From a virus (taxonomy: Duplodnaviria > Caudoviricetes), in the IMG/VR virus record IMGVR_UViG_3300010151_000015, positions 1 through 56,285 of that record: a DNA stretch of 56,285 bases. One strand, 5' to 3'. Below, one piece after another: positions 44,801 through 52,907 of this stretch. Each line of letters opens with the position of its first letter. Position 1 is the stretch's first letter. A program made the position numbers and the translations under genes. The notes under the pieces were generated by a model. The model was not told where the DNA came from. It saw nothing but the letters and a program-made list of their open reading frames with translations, and ran no database searches.

Positions 44801-47800
44801 CAGACATCATCTCAAGAACGAGTAACATTTCTTCAAAGTTGGACGGCGCTGCCGTGTTAGGACTGAGCGCCCCCAGGAAATCTGCCGAAGCATCAGACGC
44901 TCCTCCAAATACAGCACGGAGAGAGGTCCGCATACCTGAGTACCATCTCTGCTGCCGCTTGATTACTCTGGAGTTCCTATCGGTCCTGGCCTGCAGGGCT
45001 TTGACCTCGGCTACCATCTTCGTTGCCAGCTTCTGCGGGTCCTTCCCGTTCTGGTATGTGTATGATTGTTTCTTAAACTCTATCGCAATCTCGCCCTTCT
45101 TATTCCTGCTGGCCTTGTGTAGCTCATTAACCCTGGCCCATCCGTCCTTCGCCGCGAAGGGAGCGATCTTGTTTGCCACCGCATCGGTGAGCAGCTTCCG
45201 AGAAATTCCGGATTGTTCTGCCACTATCGCAATACTGGTATGGAGGCTGCGACTAATCCTGGCCCTGGCCTTCGGCGTGGCATTCTTCACCGGCTCGTAA
45301 GTCAGTGTATGCTCGGCCTCTATTGCCTCCATCCTGGCCCTCTCCTCCGGAGTAAGGCCGTCATCGTCTTCCGATAACTGGGTTCCCTCTGTTCCCTCTG
45401 TTCCCTCACGCGTCAATGAGTCTTCTGACTTCTGCAGAATGGTATCGATCTCGGTCATGCTGAACGGACCACGGGGATTGATCACCCGCATCTTCTTCAG
45501 CCCAGCAATAATCTTGTTCACACTGTCACGATAGTACCGGCCTATGGCTCCCGCCTTCTCCCTGCGCTCGGCAGCAATAGCCAGGAACTCCTTGACCTCA
45601 GTACCAGGGGAGAGTTCCTTTCCGTAACGTCTGGTCAGCTCCTCATGGATGCTGTTAAACCTACGGCCACCCTTGCTCTTCATCTGCTGGTAACCGTTCC
45701 ACATGGCATTCCAATCAGCCACAATATTGTTGATCCCGAAGTGACCTATCGCCTCGTGAGCAAGCTGTACCTGGGTGTCCCTGGAGTTCTTGAGGTTGTC
45801 GTGAACAATGTAGATGTTCTTGCCCTGGATAAAGCCCTTAACAATCTTGCCCTTCTGCTGCTCTATCCCGTACTTGCCTAGCTCATTAGAGCCAATGACC
45901 TTGACGATCATTCCGGATTCTTTCCAGGCGTTCAGTGTGCCAGCAATGGCTATGTTCGCCTGATCCTTGGTGATCCCTCCCTCCCGTAGCGGAGCCTGAT
46001 CTGTGCTTGGGGTATCATCAGCTAGGCCAGTGGTTTCCTCGTCCCCGTAGTAATCCCCGTCCTCATCGTACTCGTAGGGATCTTCTGTAACCTCATCTTC
46101 AGCAGGCTCTGCCTTCTGTTCCTCTGCTTCTTCGGTCTGTTCTGTGGTATCAGAATCCGGAGTCATCTGACGCTCTACAGCACCATCGTCTACCCCTTCA
46201 GTACCGAACACATTGTTTCGCCCAAGAGGCCTTACGTCCCCATTGGCCGCAACTGTCCACGATTTAAGATTCTTGCCAACCTTAACGAGCAGCTTGCCGC
46301 CGTCACGCTGCATAATAGGGACAGTGGTCTTCTTCCCATTCCTGTTGATGTAGGTGAGCTTGCCTATTTCTTTCAGGTCCTTCGCTCTCGTAGGAGCTTC
46401 CTCTACTTGCTCCTCTGTCGCTTCCTGGCCAACAGAATCATAGCCATGCAGATATGGACCGGACTGATTCTCCTGCTTCTTCTTCCCAGCCTTGGCGTCC
46501 TCTACCCCCCGTAGGGCCTCCTTCATATCCCCATCGACAACAGTCTTGATAGACTGCTCCCTGTTAGGGTCATCAGGATTCATGGTATCCCTGCGATATT
46601 TTTCAAAAAATTTGCGGAGCTTTGAGGTCGAGTCTTCTGCCTGTTCTGTGGCGGCAGGCTCGGCTTTCTTCTCAGTCTTAGCCTGGGCCGTCTCAGCCTT
46701 GGGTTTTTCTGTCTTAGCCTTAACCGGCGCAGCCTTGGCCTGGGGAGCAGCCATGCCCTTAGTCCCGCCCTGGTCCTGGCCCTTCTTGTTAATGACCACT
46801 ACGGGGATCTTCTCCATCCCCATCTGCTCGGCTGCTATAGCCCGTCTGTTCCCTTCCTGCTGATCGAAGTTGTAATCAAGGTACGGGGCAGTGAACTTGG
46901 TCCCCGCTTCCATGGCATCCTTCATCTCACCCAGGTATTCACCCTCTGCCTCACGGGTAGTCCTCAAGGATTCAGGCGTTACCTCAAACTCTTCCTGGCC
47001 GTTCAGTATCTCAGCAGATCTATCCAAGTATTCTTGCGGAGTCATCTCCACAATCTCTACCTCAATACCTTTGCTCTCCCTATAATCCTCCTCGGTAAGA
47101 GCTTCATGCTTGGGATGCTGCAGGCCTTCTTCTGATGGCGTATCAGTAACGAATATTGACTCGTCAGTGGCGGCTTCCTCTACCGGAGCCTCCTCACTCT
47201 TGGCCTTGGCCGCTTCCTCTTTCCTGGCGTTCTTCTGCTGCCGCTTTATCGCAGCTCGGAATGTCTTCTCGTCCTTGTAATTCTTGTCGTATCTCTGATC
47301 AAAGATCCTTTCACCGGCCTCATCAACCCCACTGACCGAGAAAATCATCTCTCCTTTCGCCGCCAATTCTGGATTCGTATGCGGTCCTGCAGTGTAAGTC
47401 AGGGTCTTGTTGCCCAGCTTGACGATTATTGTCTCGTCCTTGTCAGCCTTCTGTGCCTTCTCAGCCTCCTTCTGCATCTTCTGAGTGGTTTTAGCTTGAG
47501 CCTCACTCTCGGCCTGGGTAGCTGCGGAATCAGCTCCTGCGGCCTGTGCTGAAGCCAGGGACTGTCCTGAAGCGTTGGTTGCGGCTAATGCCTGGGCCGC
47601 AGCCTCATCCGCTGTCAGATTCGGGTCCATCCCCTTGTCCGCAATAGCGGCCAGCTCCGTCTCATCGCTATAATTCTCAGCGTTCTCTGCCGGTGACGCG
47701 CCAGGAGGCGGAGGAGGTTCTTTATTGTCCACCGCATCCTCTGTGTAGATCCTGCCGTTAGCCGAGACAGTAGCCTTCGTCCCATCAAGGAGCGTGGTCT

Positions 47801-48947
47801 CAACCTGATTAGCCCCTTCTGCTGGAGCCTCTGCCCCACTAACAAGCCCAGCAGCACCACCGAACAACGCGCCACCAAGTCCGCCAAGACCGCCGGCCTC
47901 ACCACTACCCTCGAATGGGTCCTGATCTGGATCGATAACGCCCAGGCCCATGTTCGCGGCCACTTTAGTGAACCATTCTTCTACCGATTCTTGGAGACCC
48001 TCACCGACAACACCCTTGGCCGCGCCTTTTAGCAATCCATCGCCGGTCTTTCCTGCACCACCAGCAAGTTTCCTCTCAAGGATTCTGCCCCAAGGGAATA
48101 CCGCGTTAGTGATACCGGAAACAACGGCTGCTGCTGAGAATGATTTCCTGGCGATCCCGATAGAGATCTGATGCTTGGCCACCTCCGGATCTACACCGTC
48201 ATCGGTCAGCATCTTGTAGTCTGGATTGACATCCCAGAGCTTTTGGTCGAGCCTCATTAACTCGTCATAGGCGTCTTTGCTGGCATCAGCGCCAGTCATT
48301 GGCATGCCGGTAGCCACAGCTCCAGCAGTACCTGCAGCGCCCTGGGCCTTCTTGCTTAATCCAGCAGCCTTGGCTCCCAGTGCAGCGGTTCTACCGGCCC
48401 CAGCTATAGGTAGCAAATAAATCCCCTGCTCCGCAACGAATGCGGACAGTAATGATGCAGAGGAAAGGGTCTCCCAGGCCGCGACTCCAGCCTTGGCGAA
48501 CTCACCGTCAGCTTCAGCCACACGCTTGGCGCGTTGGGCCTCGAGCTGCTTTAGGTGTTCTGACTTGCCCTCTTCCCAGTACTCCCTGCCTATCTCTCCC
48601 TGGTGGGTAGCCCAGTTCTTCTTGTCACCGGTAGCCAGGGCATAGACTTCGCCGCCAATACCGATCAGGGAATTGACAGATCCAGCCGCAGCACGGCCCA
48701 TGTCAGCCACACCTGTGCCGATAGCCTCAACGTATCCGCGTTCTTCTGGCTCTGGATCTGGACGAGAAAATGAAGGAGCCTCGTCTTCCCAGGTAGACAT
48801 ATCAAATGAGGATATCGCGTCAGTGAGGTCTCTAGGTTCTTCTTCTGGGGTAGATAGCTCCTCGTTAGGAGAGGCTAAGTCGTCCTCCCAGGTATCTAGG
48901 TCAAAGTTATTGAGCGCAGCAAAAACATCTTGGTCGTATTCGGCCAC
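35835..48947 (-). CDS. Giant polyvalent (injected virion) protein: ParB-like, zincin metallopeptidase, HhH-like, ADP-ribosyltransferase-like, duplicated large domain, C-terminal LPD38-like
   Basis: 4370 aa. QEGNRRAIAA..MG..KIPVVVI; LAHEAIGH; ALSP/TIDVWAAR/LQALAW; GLPMD..SRMKRA..MG.D..PWFRG..FFS..AAFDP; two IEEIQSDW domains; C-terminal PFLNARLQG, WERD, LPRPFE and SPVQIEHL.RGYLG. Confidence 0.85.
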   Translation of the reverse strand: MAEYDQDVFAALNNFDLDTWEDDLASPNEELSTPEEEPRDLTDAISSFDMSTWEDEAPSFSRPDPEPEERGYVEAIGTGVADMGRAAAGSVNSLIGIGGEVYALATGDKKNWATHQGEIGREYWEEGKSEHLKQLEAQRAKRVAEADGEFAKAGVAAWETLSSASLLSAFVAEQGIYLLPIAGAGRTAALGAKAAGLSKKAQGAAGTAGAVATGMPMTGADASKDAYDELMRLDQKLWDVNPDYKMLTDDGVDPEVAKHQISIGIARKSFSAAAVVSGITNAVFPWGRILERKLAGGAGKTGDGLLKGAAKGVVGEGLQESVEEWFTKVAANMGLGVIDPDQDPFEGSGEAGGLGGLGGALFGGAAGLVSGAEAPAEGANQVETTLLDGTKATVSANGRIYTEDAVDNKEPPPPPGASPAENAENYSDETELAAIADKGMDPNLTADEAAAQALAATNASGQSLASAQAAGADSAATQAESEAQAKTTQKMQKEAEKAQKADKDETIIVKLGNKTLTYTAGPHTNPELAAKGEMIFSVSGVDEAGERIFDQRYDKNYKDEKTFRAAIKRQQKNARKEEAAKAKSEEAPVEEAATDESIFVTDTPSEEGLQHPKHEALTEEDYRESKGIEVEIVEMTPQEYLDRSAEILNGQEEFEVTPESLRTTREAEGEYLGEMKDAMEAGTKFTAPYLDYNFDQQEGNRRAIAAEQMGMEKIPVVVINKKGQDQGGTKGMAAPQAKAAPVKAKTEKPKAETAQAKTEKKAEPAATEQAEDSTSKLRKFFEKYRRDTMNPDDPNREQSIKTVVDGDMKEALRGVEDAKAGKKKQENQSGPYLHGYDSVGQEATEEQVEEAPTRAKDLKEIGKLTYINRNGKKTTVPIMQRDGGKLLVKVGKNLKSWTVAANGDVRPLGRNNVFGTEGVDDGAVERQMTPDSDTTEQTEEAEEQKAEPAEDEVTEDPYEYDEDGDYYGDEETTGLADDTPSTDQAPLREGGITKDQANIAIAGTLNAWKESGMIVKVIGSNELGKYGIEQQKGKIVKGFIQGKNIYIVHDNLKNSRDTQVQLAHEAIGHFGINNIVADWNAMWNGYQQMKSKGGRRFNSIHEELTRRYGKELSPGTEVKEFLAIAAERREKAGAIGRYYRDSVNKIIAGLKKMRVINPRGPFSMTEIDTILQKSEDSLTREGTEGTEGTQLSEDDDGLTPEERARMEAIEAEHTLTYEPVKNATPKARARISRSLHTSIAIVAEQSGISRKLLTDAVANKIAPFAAKDGWARVNELHKASRNKKGEIAIEFKKQSYTYQNGKDPQKLATKMVAEVKALQARTDRNSRVIKRQQRWYSGMRTSLRAVFGGASDASADFLGALSPNTAAPSNFEEMLLVLEMMSDKDPKIMGALADYQMYLDEGGSQKEEDYKAFNGMQPTRPNGKGFGTWAKQKGVMDGLLNLFRQFKREGAPKAKTFAQNLIGALNDATIDVWAARMLQRLAGEKRVPTIVERGVTGEIKKDLTPGGQFRFGQDVFKLAADELEMEPHELQALAWFMEKELWGDPKNDWTTKVGAAGGSFEGELAKAHLGRWMSGLSVQKKNKVRDKKMFTVARRLVDSLGAMTGVKIFRAADSVGEYDGDYERAFDLEVTASKTDFDERSFIQEVAQISKENDQWDTFVSRIMGPEEESDNARPGFEVYFKQDLDQVDAEKIVDIARDAGIKGFTLIVDPRADARGDKDRFIGFRHQHIPEFSARWSEDFQAEMSTPEAIEAEYTKAEEALDDIVDVLEQEESVAYTSTYKYDTLVIGIENYDQFTKSSTRGGDKAAGEIRFPSSRTESLQEAIGRYQSRPGQKLTGRDALSGRDEDTEPQDLDAQLSQEVAEEYQQAVDKGLPMDMVSRMKRAVSMGMDPDNPWFRGQRADRNMDTHPGILFFSHETTVAEDFSRVPPPNSQMAKPDDAPAITKVLINTDDVFDTNNEEHNEDLLLRLEDHLKGLAYDDPAKDAAEIVEGIVQSNALFSDIEDPIVIDTLMESGYSGFYVHEGYYHPDEDNPQFDERNVGMFGTGEVRAATAAFDPDFKGKPNISLSQDNDPNAAFNERVESLSFLPNADVQTILEATSKSNDPDRLEKAQTALMGGWSMKELGEYHDTVRAPEEKAFKNDPQAMIEFLRTGDLTGYPAIEMGSISEPGTGPSIDKRRIATWIATKRRQAGDGKPAAGKDLLEQRGNESAALAEHANEYLATLINKYWKVDNVRQFPSQLSQDTDTQDKEGFFSGLSRAVSNMKQGKGPAKQMFETLKKMPGVKQDEIKALDLEEFIEAHEGKLTKEQLQEYVDANGVQVETKTLGKVKALTARETARWQELADKEGVDPLGPRPPLNESSLTDEEFDEMSDFEWKQNKFGKDETEYSSHLLNLPGGDNYREILFTLPSRQESETDYFEVEGAFPADFSTREEAEAHVDQYESLTRRWGLFDDGNIIEAYATQEEAEQAWTEQYDPDNDNQNLHVGERPAGDVITQRLEAYPLSINKVDKVKKGTEDYTGSHFPDSPNLLLHLRVNDRTSARREKILFLEEIQSDWWAAENDANKADARWDEEGMMSSDEHFARENRPSPTPFKNNSWVELGMKKALRMAAEGGYDSVAWTTGNTQADRYNLRQNITSVTYEKVGHFGVTLDGKVKKIYATREVAEQERDFMIEENDDLDLDIAPVDRYKISATGKGAISSAMAIDDTYTAEELNKVVGKELAQRIVNDEGQKNPPNSIESSASRIKGLDLDVGGEGMISFYDKTVPNLMKTVGRKLDKKARVEWDGMGVPTELGMVGIHKIQITDKMREGAMGGQPLFSQDDAPVNDGFFSGLSRAVSSMKQTKGPARQMFNTLKGLPGVKQAEIEALDLEEFIDAHKGKLSLEELQAYVDNNGIQIETTRLGEISEEERHERAMEKVAERTEFRVRARTGKVYAVDKATEETLGDDYGEDRYWEEEEDALDELAREYIEHTGVALTTAHYGKGSLIVPGGENYREILLSLPERGTTMPEGYTAEEIPDNDKGWWKVTTPTGREMSALNERRALVRANIDAGVPRNYESGHYGREKPNVIMHMRVDDRTTSNGERILFIEEIQSDWHQKGKDSGYKETVTEKTRERKKKTALDLRNKLKEENNWGYDTTFQAMRFIRENEEYDSKKDATPETIALAKEHKKMHDAAWTYAPPDGPFKGNDWVALGLKKALRMAAEGGYDQVAWTDGQTQADRYRLEEHVEKIAYQKNDDGTYKVFVTRKGAGPDAAALDRVGGQDMSSVPEKKMAGIFGKELTEKIVNGEQDKQWGQIKVLSGLDLNVGGKGMKNFYDRLVPNLMKDAARKLDKKARLGTTSIQTREAEAPTGPPSVDSIIDWREPPETALEVQTIPITDKMRQKAMEGQTLFSQENAPETEKPVSPVMGGIQKAISEMKLPQWAAGKSARGREILRKISRLPGIKKGELESVGLDDILSPDQRYSREEVMSSLGMGDTQFSEDEDSRYTPEQDEAITHGGGRTQGPPTVATQVKESIQSMVETFKDLSGVKEMASHGAKVFRQGMVDQYASFNSVLKSDKTWKMANMTNSAVGAMQVLMGTAHKGKVIGAGLIMEDGAIGIKEGSKSFQELAAPLKGELLNKWLWWQIGHRAEKLKGQTNEDGTSKEKHFTDQQIAALKTLNKGNEQMFEDVRKDFEELQNSVYDMAIESGLIDKKQAMEWRNDGFYVPFYRVLMEEANVAGPRMIGGSDAGLIRQKAFKELTGRDSALKDPLANVMSNWHHLISATLKNNAANAALNSAQNMVTTNGVPLAKKINRKGRGSKSIFTMVNGQEQWWNIDESPEGKLVLDSLTALNWNGLNNGVMKTTRAFKRALTFGVTLSPEFKIANLLRDSIQAMAVANMSVNPAKNIYQGWQATDKEGKTYLEMLAGGGIFGDAGYVHGGDKDAIDRLMSNGVGRDNILDSRNKIKNMLRKLVATPYNKYQDLGVRGENVNRAANYVQSTGNRLDRNFEARDHLAFDRTGSSWAIRYLSQTVPFLNARLQGLDKNYRAAVDPNQKKQWIGVTTAYAAASVVMYLSMKDDEDYKEREQWERDAYHLFKIPGDPTGTLWALPRPFEVGAFATIAERVVEQFADDEANLSLLGERLGHVLLDTFAFNPVPQIAKPYAEVMTNTNWYTGRRIESLGMDLQNLPATSRKRPWTSPTAIKASEAMGAVMHEKLTFSPVQIEHLTRGYLGWLGASAIGLADTVITRPLTDAPTAPSMTWRDYPIIKRFAKDPNPNNTKYTSLFYERGDEISMVAGAIRQARENQEWDKAERLMKKNNDIMGLEDYYNKQRLELGKLNRRMKIIHSSTKKSGPKKTQELSLIKIRKAKLTKIIHDATKDNF

Positions 48948-48948
48948 A

Positions 48949-49713
48949 CTAATTAGCCCTCATGATTTGCTTCAGGATAGCATCTTGGTGGGACTGTGGC
49001 AGTTTGGCCATAGCCGCGTTCTGCTCCTCTGGAGGTAATCCTTGTATCCTGGCAAGAGCCTCCTTGGCAGTTTCTTTCTGGCCTGGGAGACGAGGGATTG
49101 GGATTCCCGCCATGCCATATGCAACATTACGCCGCTCTTCAACAGTAGGCCTGTCTTCGGGATTAACAAACAATGCTTCGTTTTGCTCCTTCAGGTCGTC
49201 CATTATCTGTCTTGCATTCTTATGCCTGTCGCTCAACGACAGCTTGGATTCTACCCACTGCTCTTTCTTGTAGTCCCATTCGTGACCGGCAGTCGGGCGA
49301 GTGCTGCTTCTGCGCTGCAGTTCCCTATCCTTCTTGGTCATCAACTTCCCGCCCCAGGCTTCCGCAGTAAAGAAGGCCCTCTCTTGATCATTAAGATCCG
49401 GATCTGCTTTGATATCCTCTATCGCGGCCTTTATCGCTGCAGTCTTCGCTTGAGCGTTCTCCAGAGTTATCCTGTCAGCCTCTCTGCTGTTGGCCTGCGC
49501 GTAAAAGTTCCGATCCGAAATCTCGCGTTCCGCTTCCCTGCGAAGAAGCCCTTCTTCCGCCCTGCCCTCTCGGTCCAGCCTGTTCTCCCTGCTCTGATGG
49601 GCATGGAGTCGCTTCTCCCTCTCAAGAAGGATCGCTTCCTTCTCCTGCAAGCCCATCGACTCAGCCATCGATCCAGAGAAGCCTCTCGCAAATTTTCGTA
49701 ATAATCCGGCCAC
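48949..49713 (-). CDS. Putative internal virion protein
   Basis: 254 aa; MAGLLRKFARGFSG N-terminus then charged helical body; upstream of the giant protein. Confidence 0.6.
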   Translation of the reverse strand: MAGLLRKFARGFSGSMAESMGLQEKEAILLEREKRLHAHQSRENRLDREGRAEEGLLRREAEREISDRNFYAQANSREADRITLENAQAKTAAIKAAIEDIKADPDLNDQERAFFTAEAWGGKLMTKKDRELQRRSSTRPTAGHEWDYKKEQWVESKLSLSDRHKNARQIMDDLKEQNEALFVNPEDRPTVEERRNVAYGMAGIPIPRLPGQKETAKEALARIQGLPPEEQNAAMAKLPQSHQDAILKQIMRAN

Positions 49714-49714
49714 G

Positions 49715-50242
49715 TTACATGCCTCCTTGGGCGGAGGAAACTAACCCTCCGGCTGGCGGTCCTTGTGGTGCGCCCTGCGGCATCCCCTGTCCCATTTCTT
49801 CCGGCGCTCCTTCTGGGCCAGCCTGTGCTTCAGGAGATTCAGGCGGTGAAGAGAGAGACTGGGCTACTGCCTGGGCTATCTGTGTGAACATTGACTCGTC
49901 AAGGGTGAAGATGCCCTGCTTCTCGGCCAGCTCCGCGATCATAGCAATGACTTCCATCATCGCTCCTTGGAGGATCTCCGGAGTGATGTTCCCTTTCGAG
50001 GACTTTCTCAGCATCATCAGGATCTGCTGGGCCACCATAGCCACAGCCCCGATAGGGTCATCCTTACCCTGCTCGAGTACAGCCATGACCTTCTCGAAAG
50101 AACCCTCAGAGTACAGCATCTTCATAGCGCCCATAACGGTACGCTCGTAGACGTTGGCTTCCTCCTCGGTAGGATCTCGAGTGCCTTCTGGTGAGGCTTC
50201 TTGTCCAGCCTCTGCTGGTATATTTGGATTAGCCGGATGCAT
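49715..50242 (-). CDS. Hypothetical virion-associated protein
   Basis: 175 aa, helical core with a Q/P/G-rich C-terminus. Confidence 0.6.
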   Translation of the reverse strand: MHPANPNIPAEAGQEASPEGTRDPTEEEANVYERTVMGAMKMLYSEGSFEKVMAVLEQGKDDPIGAVAMVAQQILMMLRKSSKGNITPEILQGAMMEVIAMIAELAEKQGIFTLDESMFTQIAQAVAQSLSSPPESPEAQAGPEGAPEEMGQGMPQGAPQGPPAGGLVSSAQGGM

Positions 50243-52907
50243 TGCCTATCAGACCTCCCTGCCGTCTCTTCAATCTTCTGGATTCTATCGCACTGTTTGA
50301 TTCAGCAACTCTATCAGCTACAGAGGCCCTCTGCACGTTGCTGGCTACTGTTCCTCCCTCTGCAGCAGAGATCAATCCCTGCCTGCCACTGAGACGGCTT
50401 GCAGCCACACCTCCGGTCTGGTCGTAGATCAGGTTGCCAGAGGTGTCCCTGATGGGCTTGGTCTTGGTCTTACCGAAACCTTTGATTCCTCCCATGCCGC
50501 CGAGGTTCTTGTTCTGTTGAGCAATTTTCGCCTGCTCAAGCTCGTAGGCCAGCTTCAGCTCGTCTAGTTTGTCTGGCTCGTCACTGAACAGGCCGAAGAG
50601 GCCTGTCCAGAGCGCCTTTCCAACGGTTGCCTTGGCTTCGTCACCAAAGAGCGCATCCTTAGTCCATTCCCAAATACCTGTTTTCTCCTCTTCTGTCGCA
50701 GTGCCTCCGCTCTCCCCAGCCTTGATTATTTGGCCAGCAACGTCCCCACCCCAGTCAATGGGAGGAATCAGGATAGTGCCAAGCCTGCCTTCAGCAAGGC
50801 CACCCCCCCATGGAGCGTCTGGGTCATCCTCCCATGGATCGTCTGGGTTTTCGGAGACCACATCAGCATCATCAGATCCGTCCTTAGCAATGATCTTCCC
50901 TTTCTCGTCTACGTCAAAATAGTCGTCGTCAGTAACCACATTGCCGTCAGGAGTCCCGTCACCGACAATGTCAGGCTCCCCTTCAGACCCTTCGGCGATT
51001 ATCAATACTTCTTCCCGCACATTTGGGTTCCTGTGGTTTATTACTCTGGACCACAGGTATGGACCGAGAACTCTTTGAGCCTCTCTGCCAAGACCACGCA
51101 GTATCCACAACAGATTTGTATCAGAACCACCCGGTCCGTCGAGGATCGCTCTAGCGGCTTCCTTCTTGGCTACCTCGTCATCTGTCAGGTCTAGATTCTC
51201 GTCAGCAATCGTGTCCTCACCTTGGGCTGCGGTTGCATCAGGCGGCGTGGTGTCAGTTCCGTCAGGCGGCGTGGTGTCAGTTCCGTCAGGCGGCGTGGTG
51301 TCAGTTCCGTCAGGTGGCGTGGTGTCAGTTCCGTCAGGTGGCGTGGTGTCAGTTCCGTCAGGTGGCGTGGTGTCAGTGGTTACATCAGTGTCAACGCCAT
51401 CAGTTTTCCCTGCATCCTTAAACTTGGCTAATCTGTTAGTAATAATCGCGGCAAAATTAGGAATTGTTGAAACCATTCTAGGAAGAACATCCCAGCGAAT
51501 CCTCCCTACAGTACTATCAAGCACACTATCAGATAATAATGGCTCGGACCCAGGCGTAAATCCGCCGGGAACCCTGAAGATATCCCTCATAAACTGCTTT
51601 CTTCGCGCCTCATCTACAGTCCCCCACCAATCATCAGCAAGGAGCTGTATTTCCTCCTGCTGATCTGGAGTCAAATCGTCCAGCTCTGTTTTGGCATTCT
51701 TTGTATCCACAGCCAACTGCTCGTCTTTGTTGAGTGCGCCGACACGCAGTGGATTGTCAATCCAGCTGCCGTCATTGTCCTGAACAATCTTATCTTCTGC
51801 AGGGTCTTCGCTTGGCTTCCGTTTTCCGGAGAGGAGGTCTGTCACGCTCTGCGGAACGCCCCTATCGCTGGCCAAGAAGCGGTCCTGTAACACGCCCAGC
51901 GTTCCTTGGGCTGTCTCTACCAGCCCTTTCCTGTACGCCTTCCCTCTCGCAACGCGGTCAGCCATGTTTTCCGCTTTTGTATCTCGGATGGCCTGAGATG
52001 CGCGTAAACGGGCCTCTGCAGGATCGTCTACACCGCCAGTGCCGGCGGCCTCAGACCTCTCCGGATGATTTTCATCAACCCACTTCTCAAAGTCTGTCAA
52101 TCTCTGCTTGGCCGCTGCTTCTCTCTCTGAAGTGGCGTAAGTAACGCTTCCCTGGACTCCGACACGCTCTCCGTTATTACCTATGATTCTGCTGTCATAA
52201 TTTGGATCGAGATGTCCTCTCATGTAGCCGATAAAATCCGCCTCTTCTGGGAAAACCTTTTTGAAGTACTCCTCCAGAACACCGAAATCGGACGGATCTT
52301 TGTCATCAGCTACTATCGCATTGTGGACTTTAACCATCCCAAGATCCGAAGCCTCGGTAGGGAAGGAGGCCTGTGCCAAGAATCCAGGGTCTCCTTGCCT
52401 GGGGCGAATATCTGCTGATGGATCGCCTGCCTGCCCGTAATCTATACCTGAACCAAATGCTGCATCGTCAGTCATAGGCCCGTCAGTCATAGGTGCCGAT
52501 CCAGACCTGTCAGCCGCTGTCCAATTATCCCGAGCTCTCTGCCAAGACGAATAGCTCTGCGTACCGCCATTATCCTTATAATCTTGATAGGTATTGTAAC
52601 TGCCAGGGAAGTCAGGAGTTTCTTGACCCGCAGTGCTTCTCAGCGCCGTAGCCTGATTCTGGCCCCCTCCCGCAACAGTAGCCGCTACCTCATCGAGGTT
52701 GACGTTGGATAGACGGTATTCAGTCGTGGTTTGGAAGTTAACCAGCTCACCGGCCAAGGAGCCGGTAGACATGGGCTTGGGCACAGACCCTGCTGTTGAT
52801 GGCGCGATAGGGCTAGCGCCACGGCCACTCGCACTCTGTATCAGACCGATTATATATGGACTAAGGCTCATTATTGCGCTCCTAAAATTGATCCCAGTAT
52901 GGATCAC
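50229..52907 (-). CDS. Putative internal virion/ejection protein (start may be 52871)
   Basis: 892 aa, D/G/T-rich, contains (DTTPPDGT)n. Confidence 0.6.
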   Translation of the reverse strand: MIHTGINFRSAIMSLSPYIIGLIQSASGRGASPIAPSTAGSVPKPMSTGSLAGELVNFQTTTEYRLSNVNLDEVAATVAGGGQNQATALRSTAGQETPDFPGSYNTYQDYKDNGGTQSYSSWQRARDNWTAADRSGSAPMTDGPMTDDAAFGSGIDYGQAGDPSADIRPRQGDPGFLAQASFPTEASDLGMVKVHNAIVADDKDPSDFGVLEEYFKKVFPEEADFIGYMRGHLDPNYDSRIIGNNGERVGVQGSVTYATSEREAAAKQRLTDFEKWVDENHPERSEAAGTGGVDDPAEARLRASQAIRDTKAENMADRVARGKAYRKGLVETAQGTLGVLQDRFLASDRGVPQSVTDLLSGKRKPSEDPAEDKIVQDNDGSWIDNPLRVGALNKDEQLAVDTKNAKTELDDLTPDQQEEIQLLADDWWGTVDEARRKQFMRDIFRVPGGFTPGSEPLLSDSVLDSTVGRIRWDVLPRMVSTIPNFAAIITNRLAKFKDAGKTDGVDTDVTTDTTPPDGTDTTPPDGTDTTPPDGTDTTPPDGTDTTPPDGTDTTPPDATAAQGEDTIADENLDLTDDEVAKKEAARAILDGPGGSDTNLLWILRGLGREAQRVLGPYLWSRVINHRNPNVREEVLIIAEGSEGEPDIVGDGTPDGNVVTDDDYFDVDEKGKIIAKDGSDDADVVSENPDDPWEDDPDAPWGGGLAEGRLGTILIPPIDWGGDVAGQIIKAGESGGTATEEEKTGIWEWTKDALFGDEAKATVGKALWTGLFGLFSDEPDKLDELKLAYELEQAKIAQQNKNLGGMGGIKGFGKTKTKPIRDTSGNLIYDQTGGVAASRLSGRQGLISAAEGGTVASNVQRASVADRVAESNSAIESRRLKRRQGGLIGNASG
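51238..51377. repeat. 24-bp tandem repeat (5 full + 1 partial) encoding DTTPPDGT
   Basis: Unit TCAGGYGGCGTGGTGTCAGTTCCG. Confidence 0.95.

Noticed and set aside
36304-48171. Many + strand ORFs of 60-270 aa antisense to the giant gene (and similar ones across the structural arm)
   Set aside because: Shadow ORFs from codon bias: Ser/Leu-rich, no recognisable motifs, fully overlapping well-supported genes.
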